This document shows positions 8,053-15,263 of a stretch of DNA of 40,837 bases, piece after piece. The position numbers and the translations under genes are program-made. Position 1 is the first letter of the stretch. Each line of letters begins with the position of its first letter. Source of the stretch: a virus; the IMG/VR virus record IMGVR_UViG_3300001202_000004, positions 1 through 40,837 of that record, one strand, 5' to 3'. The notes under the pieces were generated by a model. That model was not told the DNA's origin. It did not search any database and saw only the letters and a program-made list of their open reading frames with translations.

Positions 8053-8519
8053 TTTATAGCCTCCAGATATTGAGTTAGAATAGGCCGGATATCGCCCGGC
8101 TTTACTGTGTTGAATAAGAGCCTCTTAATCTCTGTGACAGCCACGTTAAACCTCTGGGGGTCTTGGCGGCATTTATCACGACGCGCCTTATCTGCCCCTA
8201 GGAGCTTATGTATTTCGCGGAGGATCTTCTGTTGTGCGAGATCCGCCGTCGAAGGCCAAGCCGGGGAGCCTGTCTGAGCGAGGAGCTCTAGCGTCGACGT
8301 CTCTGTCCCGACGAATATAGGGAAGAATTGAGAACCGGATATGATCGAGACATAGATCCGGCCTGTTTTCATATATTCCTTATGTTCTTCGTCCGTAAGC
8401 TCGACGGCTAGGACGTTATGAGAGCCGTTAGTGAAGACGTCCAGATCCGCGACGTCGTCGACGTCCGGAGGAGCCTTAAAAACCATGTTGCACCCTTCAA
8501 ATTTTACTGGAGATCCCAT
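8049..8519 (-). CDS. Hypothetical protein
   Basis: 156-aa ORF coupled to both neighbours. Confidence 0.5.
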   Translation of the reverse strand: MGSPVKFEGCNMVFKAPPDVDDVADLDVFTNGSHNVLAVELTDEEHKEYMKTGRIYVSIISGSQFFPIFVGTETSTLELLAQTGSPAWPSTADLAQQKILREIHKLLGADKARRDKCRQDPQRFNVAVTEIKRLLFNTVKPGDIRPILTQYLEAIK

Positions 8520-8779
8520 TATGTAAAAACCTCCAGAAGTCCGTTATCAGATAAGACCTCGATTAGATCTTCGTGTAGCGCCAGCGAGGCGACAGCTCCG
8601 TCGAGAGTGATCCTTAATATCACGTTATCTGGGTTACAGACATAATCTAGGATCGCCTCCGCCTCTCCGGCGTTAATAGGAGCTCCCTCTATTTCAGACA
8701 TAGCCTTTATTAAGGTTCCTAATGATCCTAGCTTTACGTCTATAGATCTGACTACTTTTGCGTTGTCTACGGTTTCCAT
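8519..8779 (-). CDS. Hypothetical acidic protein
   Basis: 86-aa ORF coupled to both neighbours. Confidence 0.45.
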   Translation of the reverse strand: METVDNAKVVRSIDVKLGSLGTLIKAMSEIEGAPINAGEAEAILDYVCNPDNVILRITLDGAVASLALHEDLIEVLSDNGLLEVFT

Positions 8780-9102
8780 TTTTTAAGCTCTCCTTTGGCT
8801 TGGTTTCTTCTGAATTCTGTATATTTCATCATATGCGCTTTACGAGCTTTCTCCAGATCCGGCGCGGGGAAGTGATCCGGGACACCGTCCTTTAACCACG
8901 TCGTAACGCTCTCCCGCATTTCTGGAGTGACAGGCTTTAACCCTTTTTCCGTTAAGCTTATTCTCTTCTTCCCGGACTTGGCGGAAAATTTTAGCATGAC
9001 GGCGAAAGTAGATCTCTTATATCCCAGCCGCTCGCGAGCGTTACGGAAAGCCCGGCCAATAGCGAGCCTCTCCTTCTTTGTCTTTGTGTTGTTGTTAATC
9101 AT
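8767..9102 (-). CDS. Putative HTH DNA-binding protein
   Basis: 111 aa. LAIGRAFRNARERLGYKRSTFAVML resembles an Xre-type helix-turn-helix. Confidence 0.5.
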   Translation of the reverse strand: MINNNTKTKKERLAIGRAFRNARERLGYKRSTFAVMLKFSAKSGKKRISLTEKGLKPVTPEMRESVTTWLKDGVPDHFPAPDLEKARKAHMMKYTEFRRNQAKGELKKWKP

Positions 9103-9103
9103 G

Positions 9104-9415
9104 TTATTTTACCCTCTTAAATAAGGAGATCCAGCGAGGAGAGCGCTTAGGACGCGTAGCGAGATCCCCCTCCAGCTCCTCTATACGGCTCTGGGCGGCG
9201 TAGAGAGCTCTCTGGAGCCTCTCCAGCTCTTCCCCTTGTTCTTTAGCGAATTGAACGCCGGAAGCTATCACGGCGGTTAATTCTCGCGTTATGGTGTAAT
9301 CCTGAGCCGCTAATTCGAGGATCTTTTCGATCTTCTCTATATCCTCGTCGTAATACGCGCTTACAGGAGCGGCCTTAGCTGGATAACGGGCGTCATATGA
9401 GAGAAGATATTTCAT
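9104..9415 (-). CDS. Hypothetical coiled-coil protein
   Basis: 103-aa ORF containing LERLQRALYAAQSRIEELEGDL. Confidence 0.45.
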   Translation of the reverse strand: MKYLLSYDARYPAKAAPVSAYYDEDIEKIEKILELAAQDYTITRELTAVIASGVQFAKEQGEELERLQRALYAAQSRIEELEGDLATRPKRSPRWISLFKRVK

Positions 9416-9657
9416 TTAACTAAGGAGAGGCCTTTATCGTTTATTATATATCTTTTATTTGTATGATTTGGGTTAAATACTTCGACTAAACCCTTCTTCC
9501 TTAATTGCGCGAGGACGCGAGAGTGATACGAGGCGTCTGTCGCTCCTAAGTCCATAGGCCGCGCGTAACCTCCTATCTCCTCTTTATAATCTCTCAATTC
9601 ACGGAGTAATTCCGCCTGTCTTGCAGTTAGTTTAATATCTCCTCGCTTTATTTCCAT
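9412..9657 (-). CDS. Small winged-helix (MarR-like) DNA-binding protein
   Basis: 81 aa. LTARQAELLRELRDY...YHSRVLAQLRKKGLVEV follows a wHTH pattern. Confidence 0.5.
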   Translation of the reverse strand: MEIKRGDIKLTARQAELLRELRDYKEEIGGYARPMDLGATDASYHSRVLAQLRKKGLVEVFNPNHTNKRYIINDKGLSLVK

Positions 9658-10553
9658 CCTAAGGCCTCCCAGTGTTCTCCGTTAAATAGATTTCTATATT
9701 CCGCTGGGCAAGTCCTAGGATCTGGAGCCGCTGGAGGCCATTCTCCGCCTGTACTGTTACAGAAGTCCGCTCTAAGCTTCCACGCCGCCGCTTCACTCTC
9801 CTCGCGGGTGCTTACTTGGTCATATACCCCTTTTTCGAGATAAACTCCAAACAACTCGCCACCTATGACGCGATCTAAAGCCTTCATATAGCCGCGCTCC
9901 TGTCCGGAGTTATCTTTTTTGTGTTGTTGTGGCATTGAATAAAACCACAGACAGGCGTGGGCAATCCGGGAGGCGGGTATAGGCTCTTTTTTGCGTGTCG
10001 CGATCCGCTTCATTGCGGCGAGTGCCTTCTTTTTACTATGACGCCCTTTAATCTCCGTAGGAGTGCTATCTAAGACTATTTTCCAGAGCTTTTCGAATAT
10101 ATCTTTAATAGATTTCTCGGAAGGATCTTTCCCGGATTGTTTATTACTGTTAGCCTCCTCCTGTGAGGGAGTGTCACCTCCCTCTGGTGAAGTAGTGTCA
10201 CCCCCCTCTAGCGATACCCCTCCCATTTTGGGACGTGTCAATTCTAGAGATTTTATCTTCTCTAAATCCATATCATATTCGATAGTAAACCCGTTAGAGC
10301 ATTTGCGGCGGCCTACTTCGAGGAGGATCCCTCTGGCGACGAGATCTTTAATATGTCTCCGGACGGTATTTATCCCCACTTCCGTCTCCGCCGCTATTGA
10401 CGGCTTAGATAGCCATATTCCACCGCCGTCGTGATTAGCGACGTCCGCGAAGACGAGGAGAATAGATTTAGCTGTAGGAGAGCCCGCTTTCCGGGATCTA
10501 ATGAGGGCGGTTACTTCCCAGCTCATAGGGAAACCCCTATATATAGCTTGCAT
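9648..10553 (-). CDS. Replication initiator-like wHTH protein (start may be 10526)
   Basis: 301 aa. The N-terminal FADVANHDGGGIWLSKPSIAAETEVGINTVRRHIKDLVARGILLEV is a typical phage or plasmid replication HTH. It lies directly downstream of dnaB. The linker contains the tandem peptide EGGDTTSP/EGGDTPSQ. Confidence 0.6.
   Translation of the reverse strand: MQAIYRGFPMSWEVTALIRSRKAGSPTAKSILLVFADVANHDGGGIWLSKPSIAAETEVGINTVRRHIKDLVARGILLEVGRRKCSNGFTIEYDMDLEKIKSLELTRPKMGGVSLEGGDTTSPEGGDTPSQEEANSNKQSGKDPSEKSIKDIFEKLWKIVLDSTPTEIKGRHSKKKALAAMKRIATRKKEPIPASRIAHACLWFYSMPQQHKKDNSGQERGYMKALDRVIGGELFGVYLEKGVYDQVSTREESEAAAWKLRADFCNSTGGEWPPAAPDPRTCPAEYRNLFNGEHWEALGWK
10167..10290. repeat. Iteron-like tandem repeats plus AT-rich tract inside the initiator gene (candidate ori)
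   Basis: agtgtcacctccctctggtga (10170-10190) and agtgtcaccccccctctagcga (10194-10214) match at 18 of 21 positions with a 24-bp period. A third GTGTCA..TCTAGAG copy sits at 10235-10249. An AT-rich stretch follows at 10249-10290. Confidence 0.4.
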
Positions 10554-10561
10554 AGCTCAAA

Positions 10562-10590
10562 TTGAGCCCTTATATAGTTTTTCATAATTT
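10562..10590 (+). promoter_or_regulatory. Possible plus-strand promoter TTGAGC-N17-TAATTT
   Basis: The hexamers at 10562-10567 and 10585-10590 have 17-nt spacing. They lie about 55 nt upstream of a plus-oriented terminator. Confidence 0.25.
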
Positions 10591-10644
10591 ACCTGCCTTT
10601 TCATGTGTGCTTGTAAGTTGTCGTCTTTATCCTGAAGACATTTA

Positions 10645-10680
10645 AGCCCGCTCTTGGTCGCCCCTAGGAGCGGGTTTTTC
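10645..10680 (+). terminator. Plus-strand intrinsic terminator-like hairpin inside a minus-strand operon
   Basis: agcccgctc (10645-10653) pairs with gagcgggtt (10668-10676), giving 7 G/C-rich bp plus G-U and A-U pairs, with a 14-nt loop. The T5 run lies only on the plus strand. Confidence 0.45.
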
Positions 10681-10713
10681 ATTGCGCTATAAATGCCTCT
10701 TTTGTCAAATCTA

Positions 10714-12192
10714 TTAAAATGGGAGATCCTCGTCGAAGCCTTGGCCGTCCTCGTCGGAGAGCTCCGTTATAATATCGTAAGGGAGGAAGCAATTAAGCAT
10801 AGTCGAGCCCAGCGGGCCGCCTTTATTCTTCGCTACTATTACCTCCATTTTGTTTTTACTGTCCGCGATATCCTGATAATAGGTTTTCTTTTTTTCCGCG
10901 TTAGAAGGCTCTCCGCTGTCTATCAAGACTTTCTCCTTCCGGGTTAATAATAGGACTATATCCGCCGCGTCCTCGATCCCGGAGGAGCCTTTTAAATCTT
11001 GGATCTGGGGACGGCGGCCTTCTCGCTCGTCCGTCTTTCGCGATAACTGAGCGAGGAGCATTACGTGAATATCCATCTTTTTCGCCAGAGCTTTTAATTC
11101 CCGGCATATCTCCGCATAGTATTTAACGTCGTTCCTTGGATCCTCGCAATCCTTTCCGCTCATTAGGTTAAGATAGTCGACGACGATCATATCGAGGCCG
11201 CCTAATTGCTTCTCCATAGCGCGAGATCTCTTAGCTATCTGGGAGTGAGTTAGCCCAGAGCTCTCGTCTAAGATGATCCCCTCCGGAATATTCTCCGTCG
11301 CCGCGAGGAGCTTAGCTCTTCTAGCCGGGCCTACGTCGTGTTTAGCAATTTTGTTATATGTTATCCCAAACGTCTTCCCGGCGGCGGCGGAAGCGGCTCT
11401 TTCTCCTAATTCAAGCGCGGGCATTTCTTGAGTGAAGAAGCCAACTTTACCGGGGAGGCTCTCGTCGTCCAGAGAAGGGATCCCCTTAGCGATATTACGA
11501 GCGATATTCGTCGCGAGGGACGTTTTACCCATAGAAGGCCGCCCAGCGACGACGGAGAGTTTACCACGGCCAAAACCAGAGAGCTTTGCATCAAGCGCGG
11601 CGTAAGAGCTTGGAAGCCCCATAGGCCTCTCTAAGCCGATTACAGAGATAGAATTATAAGACGCCTCTTTTAGTGTTATAAAGGACGTATCGCTGGGGAG
11701 GACGCCCTCGATAGCGGAGAGCTCCTTTCTAGCGTTAGATATGATATCCGCCGCCATATCGTCGCTGTCTCGATCTCTGGAGGCCTTAAGGATATCTTGG
11801 GCAAACCTTATGCACTCTCGCCGCCCCGCCATTTCAACGACAAGACGAGCATAATCCGGCGCTGTAGATAATGGAGGACAGTTATCGAGAAGGAGAGCGA
11901 GATATTCCACGCCGCCTATATCTAATAGTCGCTCGTCTCTGGCGTAACGATTTTTTAAATATATAGCATCCGCCAAGGCCGCGCGGCGTGAGCGGTTATA
12001 AATCACGTTACAAATATCGACATGAATAGGGTTGTAAAAATGCTTAGGCTGGACGAGATCTCTTATCTCTGGATAGACTTCCAGATTATTAGCTAGGAGA
12101 GCTCCTAAGACGGCTTGTTCCGCCTCTTGTGACTGGGGGACGTTTTTAAGATCCTCGTCGCCTATAGGGATATATTCGTCGCCGTAACTCAT
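10714..12192 (-). CDS. dnaB: Replicative DNA helicase DnaB
   Basis: The N-terminus has PQSQEAEQAVLGALL, the Walker A motif is GRPSMGKTSLATNIA and the Walker B motif is MIVVDYLNLM. The preferred start at 12192 forms an ATGA overlap with the upstream stop. The ORF-track start is 12228. Confidence 0.9.
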   Translation of the reverse strand: MSYGDEYIPIGDEDLKNVPQSQEAEQAVLGALLANNLEVYPEIRDLVQPKHFYNPIHVDICNVIYNRSRRAALADAIYLKNRYARDERLLDIGGVEYLALLLDNCPPLSTAPDYARLVVEMAGRRECIRFAQDILKASRDRDSDDMAADIISNARKELSAIEGVLPSDTSFITLKEASYNSISVIGLERPMGLPSSYAALDAKLSGFGRGKLSVVAGRPSMGKTSLATNIARNIAKGIPSLDDESLPGKVGFFTQEMPALELGERAASAAAGKTFGITYNKIAKHDVGPARRAKLLAATENIPEGIILDESSGLTHSQIAKRSRAMEKQLGGLDMIVVDYLNLMSGKDCEDPRNDVKYYAEICRELKALAKKMDIHVMLLAQLSRKTDEREGRRPQIQDLKGSSGIEDAADIVLLLTRKEKVLIDSGEPSNAEKKKTYYQDIADSKNKMEVIVAKNKGGPLGSTMLNCFLPYDIITELSDEDGQGFDEDLPF

Positions 12193-12605
12193 CTTGTAAA
12201 CTCTCTGACCTTGGAAATAAAATTCCATGCGTGGTCGTTAGTCATTTTATTAATCGCCCGGCGGCTCCGGCGATTATGAGATATGTCGAGAGATCTCTCT
12301 ACGAGCTCCTCGTCGAGATCCAGTAAAGCGTCGAGGATCTTACTTAAGGTATCTTGTTTTTCTTCGCCGTAATACAAGATCTCATAACTCTTCTTCTTTC
12401 CGGGGAGGCGGCGGAGATATCCAGCCTCCTCCAGAGCGACGACGGCGTTATGAATACTGGACTTCGATCCTATCCCTAGCACGTCCTTAATTACGTCATA
12501 CGACGGCGCGGAGCCGCTCTCTGTTATGTTGTCCCGGATAACCTCGAAGACGCTTTGCTGTTGTGGAGAGATTGAAAACACCATATCAACCGCGCTCCCG
12601 TTCAT
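12189..12605 (-). CDS. LexA-type winged-helix DNA-binding-domain protein
   Basis: 138 aa. ISPQQQSVFEVIRDNITESGSAPSYDVIKDVLGIGSKSSIHNAVVALEEAGYLRR parallels the LexA N-terminal domain. There is no S24 peptidase domain. Confidence 0.6.
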   Translation of the reverse strand: MNGSAVDMVFSISPQQQSVFEVIRDNITESGSAPSYDVIKDVLGIGSKSSIHNAVVALEEAGYLRRLPGKKKSYEILYYGEEKQDTLSKILDALLDLDEELVERSLDISHNRRSRRAINKMTNDHAWNFISKVREFTR

Positions 12606-12930
12606 ACCAATTCTTTAACGCGGCGGATGTTGTTATTATATGATGCAAGCGCTTATTTCGTGATGTGGCGGCGGCGGCCTTCTGGGACAGATAGCCTATA
12701 AGCCAAAACCAATCCCAAACAGTTTTGACATTATCGTGAGCTTGCCCCCAGCGGAGTTTCTGGTGTTCCGCTTCCCGGACGACGGCTTTAATAAAATCGT
12801 CTGTCTCCGGAGTATTAACTAAATTATGAAGGCGGAGGATCTCTTCTCGCGCTAACTTCATAATCCTAATCTGATTAACTGACGATACGCTAGGATCTTG
12901 CGCTCGTTCTAATTCTGCTAAAATGTCCAT
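12586..12930 (-). CDS. Hypothetical protein
   Basis: 114-aa ORF. The KLRWGQAHD...WDWFWLIGYL segment is vaguely like phage NTP-pyrophosphohydrolase-like families, but I cannot support that call. Confidence 0.45.
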   Translation of the reverse strand: MDILAELERAQDPSVSSVNQIRIMKLAREEILRLHNLVNTPETDDFIKAVVREAEHQKLRWGQAHDNVKTVWDWFWLIGYLSQKAAAATSRNKRLHHIITTSAALKNWYERERG

Positions 12931-12945
12931 TATCCAACCTCCAGC

Positions 12946-13311
12946 TTAAACTCTGTTATATGCGGTTAAGGCATTTTGAAGCTCGTTCATGATGTGGCTA
13001 GGAACGGGCCTACTTGAACAAACCACCTCCTCTGTAGCTTTGATTAACCTGTCAAGCTTATCGGGGTTCTTGCCAGATAGGACGTTGACGCATTGGACTA
13101 TCCGGGCGGCTCTTTTTTCAACACCATTCCAATTAATTCCCAAAGCAGTTTGCGGCCCGGAATATGGTAATTTAAACATAGCGCAAACCCCAGCGGCTCC
13201 GTTATTGTTGGTTATTTTAACGGGGTATAATTCGCCGGGCGCAAATTCCCTAACTTCCCAAGGCTCGCCATATTCACTCGTTGATGCCTTCCGCTCTTGC
13301 TTGCTTGTCAT
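12946..13311 (-). CDS. Hypothetical protein (start trimmed to the internal Met)
   Basis: The track ORF (to 13449) overlaps RusA by 136 nt. The internal start MTSKQERK at 13311 abuts the RusA stop instead. Confidence 0.5.
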   Translation of the reverse strand: MTSKQERKASTSEYGEPWEVREFAPGELYPVKITNNNGAAGVCAMFKLPYSGPQTALGINWNGVEKRAARIVQCVNVLSGKNPDKLDRLIKATEEVVCSSRPVPSHIMNELQNALTAYNRV

Positions 13312-13312
13312 A

Positions 13313-13906
13313 TCATGGCTCCAGTTTAAATTCTTTGTTCGTCCATGGGAAGACACTGTCCGCCCAAGCTTTAACCTCCAGAGGATCCACGGCCTTAACG
13401 CGAGCGCGAAGTCCTTCTCTTTCGCTGTAAATCTTCGCGCCTGTCCCAAATACGACTTGAACGTCGTCCGTATATGCGAGCGTATTAAGTGCGTCTTTAA
13501 GGAGCTTCTCGATATTGTCTTTATCCGGCTTCTTAAGATAGGCCACTTCCCCCATTACCTTCGCCATGCGATTATGCTTAGGCTGGAGAGGCGGCTCGTA
13601 ATATGCGCACCAATCGACGGAAACAGCTCCCCGGAGTATCTGGAAGTCTCTCGCGGCGGAGATTTGCGTCTCTGTCTCTGATTTTATCATGTCCTCGAAT
13701 TCTTTAGTCGTAGATCCGTAAGCCATAGGACGGAGGGATCTTAGCGAGTAATGTTTTAACGACTTAAATCCTGTCTCGCTCTCAGGATCTGGGACTTCGT
13801 GTATATGGAAAGGGACGTCCTTATTCCTAGGAACTGTCCGGAAGAGCGCTCGCCCCTTCCCTTTAAAGGCATAGGGAAACCATAGATCTAAGACAGGCTT
13901 CCCCAT
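13313..13906 (-). CDS. rusA: RusA-family Holliday junction resolvase
   Basis: PDKDNIEKLLKDALNTLAYTDDVQVV matches the RusA D-x-D-N..K...DAL...DD.qV catalytic segment. At 197 aa it has a longer N-terminus than E. coli RusA. Confidence 0.7.
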   Translation of the reverse strand: MGKPVLDLWFPYAFKGKGRALFRTVPRNKDVPFHIHEVPDPESETGFKSLKHYSLRSLRPMAYGSTTKEFEDMIKSETETQISAARDFQILRGAVSVDWCAYYEPPLQPKHNRMAKVMGEVAYLKKPDKDNIEKLLKDALNTLAYTDDVQVVFGTGAKIYSEREGLRARVKAVDPLEVKAWADSVFPWTNKEFKLEP

Positions 13907-13910
13907 TAGA

Positions 13911-14456
13911 CTAAGCCTCCGCCGTCTCTTTGGCGTTCTTTTGACCTGTCGCCGTTTTAGCGGCGGCGGTCTCCAGAGAGACGGGCTGTGGAGCCTTCTT
14001 TGTTGTCGCGGGCTTGGACTTCTTATTGGCGGCCTTAGCCGCTTTTAGTTTATCCTTCCGCTCTTGTTCGGAGGCTTTGTATTTTGCCTTAGCCTCCGCG
14101 ACTAGATCCTTACCCGGACGGAATTCCGAGAAGGGGAGAGAGAATTGATCGAACATAGCCTTAACTGTGTCGCCAGCGTCGTCTCCTATCTTGTCGTGTA
14201 CGTTAACGACGTTCTTATCCATGAAGTCTAAAACAAGTTTAAGCTGTTTTAGTGCCTTCGTGTCGACGCCTTCTTTACGAGCGTCCTTGAGGAGATCCCG
14301 CCGCTCTTCTTGAAGCGGTTTAATCTTCCGGGCGTAGATCCCTTTCTCGCTCGCTATCTCCTTCTGGATCCGGGTTAACCCGTCGATCCATTTGGCATGT
14401 TCCGCGAGATCCGGAAAATTCGCCTTAACGAACTCGTCTACATCTGTCTTTTCCAT
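13911..14456 (-). CDS. GapR/DUF2312-like DNA-binding protein with a Lys/Ala-rich tail (weak call)
   Basis: LLKDARKEGVDTKALKQLKLVLDF resembles the GapR core y.eAK..GfD.K.lk. The C-terminus is basic and low in complexity. Confidence 0.35.
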   Translation of the reverse strand: MEKTDVDEFVKANFPDLAEHAKWIDGLTRIQKEIASEKGIYARKIKPLQEERRDLLKDARKEGVDTKALKQLKLVLDFMDKNVVNVHDKIGDDAGDTVKAMFDQFSLPFSEFRPGKDLVAEAKAKYKASEQERKDKLKAAKAANKKSKPATTKKAPQPVSLETAAAKTATGQKNAKETAEA

Positions 14457-14470
14457 AGTTTCACCTTTAG

Positions 14471-14496
14471 AAAAATAAACGCGGATCCGCCGCGCG
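14471..14496 (-). terminator. Short GC hairpin plus U tract between the RHH gene and the early operon
   Basis: The minus strand reads CGCGG-CGGAT-CCGCG followed by TTTATTTTT. The stem is only 5 bp. Confidence 0.35.
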
Positions 14497-14527
14497 CGGA
14501 TATGGAGAGAGATCTCCGTATTCTATT

Positions 14528-14680
14528 TTATGGATTATAGCGCTCTGCACCTTGCTTTAAAAAGCGGATCGCCTGAGCTGTAAAGCTCCGTCCCTCCTCC
14601 GTCGCGATTGCTTGGATAAGCTCTACGAGAGGATCCGGGATATTCAAACTTTTCATAGTATGATATTTTTTGGTCGCCAT
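14528..14680 (-). CDS. Ribbon-helix-helix (Arc/CopG-like) small regulator; below the ORF-track size cutoff
   Basis: Hand translation gives MATKKYHTMKSLNIPDPLVELIQAIATEEGRSFTAQAIRFLKQGAERYNP (50 aa). The pattern is a beta-strand followed by two helices. It is the first gene of the leftward block. An alternative start is at 14656. Confidence 0.6.
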   Translation of the reverse strand: MATKKYHTMKSLNIPDPLVELIQAIATEEGRSFTAQAIRFLKQGAERYNP

Positions 14681-14939
14681 TTTTTCGTCCTGTTTTCCTG
14701 AATTAACGAAGCTCCGTTAGTATATATTCGGGATATACGCAATAATAAAAATAATTATTTTTTATATTGACGGTTTTATATCTTTTCGAGTAGAGGATCT
14801 TCAGCGACCAAAAACAGGATAAGACGAAGACGTGAAAAATCGACCTTCCTATATAAAAAATATCGCCGCCGGGATCTTTTCCGTCGGGCTCTTCCTGTTA
14901 GCGGTTTATATTGGAACCTTATAGGAGGCCGGAAAAATA
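14681..14939. promoter_or_regulatory. Divergent early control region
   Basis: 259-bp AT-rich gap between the leftward RHH gene and the rightward block. It contains the inverted repeat GTATAT-N7-ATATAC (14720-14738), TTGACG at 14768-14773 and repeated GGTTT(T)ATAT motifs near 14771 and 14902. Confidence 0.5.
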
Positions 14940-15263
14940 ATGGATAAAATATTAAAAGTTAATCCGCCGGGAAGAGAGATAGGCGTCGCGGATATGGTGT
15001 TTTCTGAGGCATTTAAAGACGTAGTCACTATTGAGGTTCAAAATTTAGTAAAGGAGCGGCGTGAGAGTTTATGGGCTGGAGATAATGCGGAGAGCTTCCA
15101 GTCTGGCAGTCTGGAAACTTATATAGGCCTAACTCTAGCAGTACGCGGATATCTCAAAACCGTGAAAGACACTAAAGAAACGCCGGAAGATATCGCGTCC
15201 GTCCTAACTGATAGCTTACAGGAAATAATATATATAGAAGCCCGGAAGGAGGGGCGGTTATAA
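14940..15263 (+). CDS. Hypothetical protein
   Basis: 107-aa ORF with RBS taggaggcc upstream. It is the first gene of the rightward block. Confidence 0.55.
   Translation: MDKILKVNPPGREIGVADMVFSEAFKDVVTIEVQNLVKERRESLWAGDNAESFQSGSLETYIGLTLAVRGYLKTVKDTKETPEDIASVLTDSLQEIIYIEARKEGRL

Noticed and set aside
10063-10434. 123-aa plus-strand ORF antisense to the initiator gene
   Set aside because: It is a shadow of the initiator frame. Its repeat SPPSGEVVSPPSS simply mirrors the coding tandem repeat. No start context supports it. The DNA repeats themselves are reported separately as candidate iterons.
12946-13449. Longer form of the 12946 ORF starting MGQARRF...
   Set aside because: It overlaps RusA by 136 nt. 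The internal start at 13311 abuts the RusA stop, consistent with the tight coupling seen across the operon.
12989-13681. 230-aa plus-strand ORF, the longest ORF not annotated above
   Set aside because: It lies entirely antisense to the RusA gene and its neighbour, both of which have motif or synteny support. Its composition is Leu/Ser/Arg-rich as expected of a shadow frame, and it has no RBS. I treat it as a shadow ORF.
14681-14939. Search for alphaproteobacterial SOS boxes (GAAC-N7-GAAC type) and CtrA boxes (TTAA-N7-TTAA) in the control regions
   Set aside because: I found no full match by eye here, in 2901-3082 or in 37510-37577. Only partial half-sites were present.
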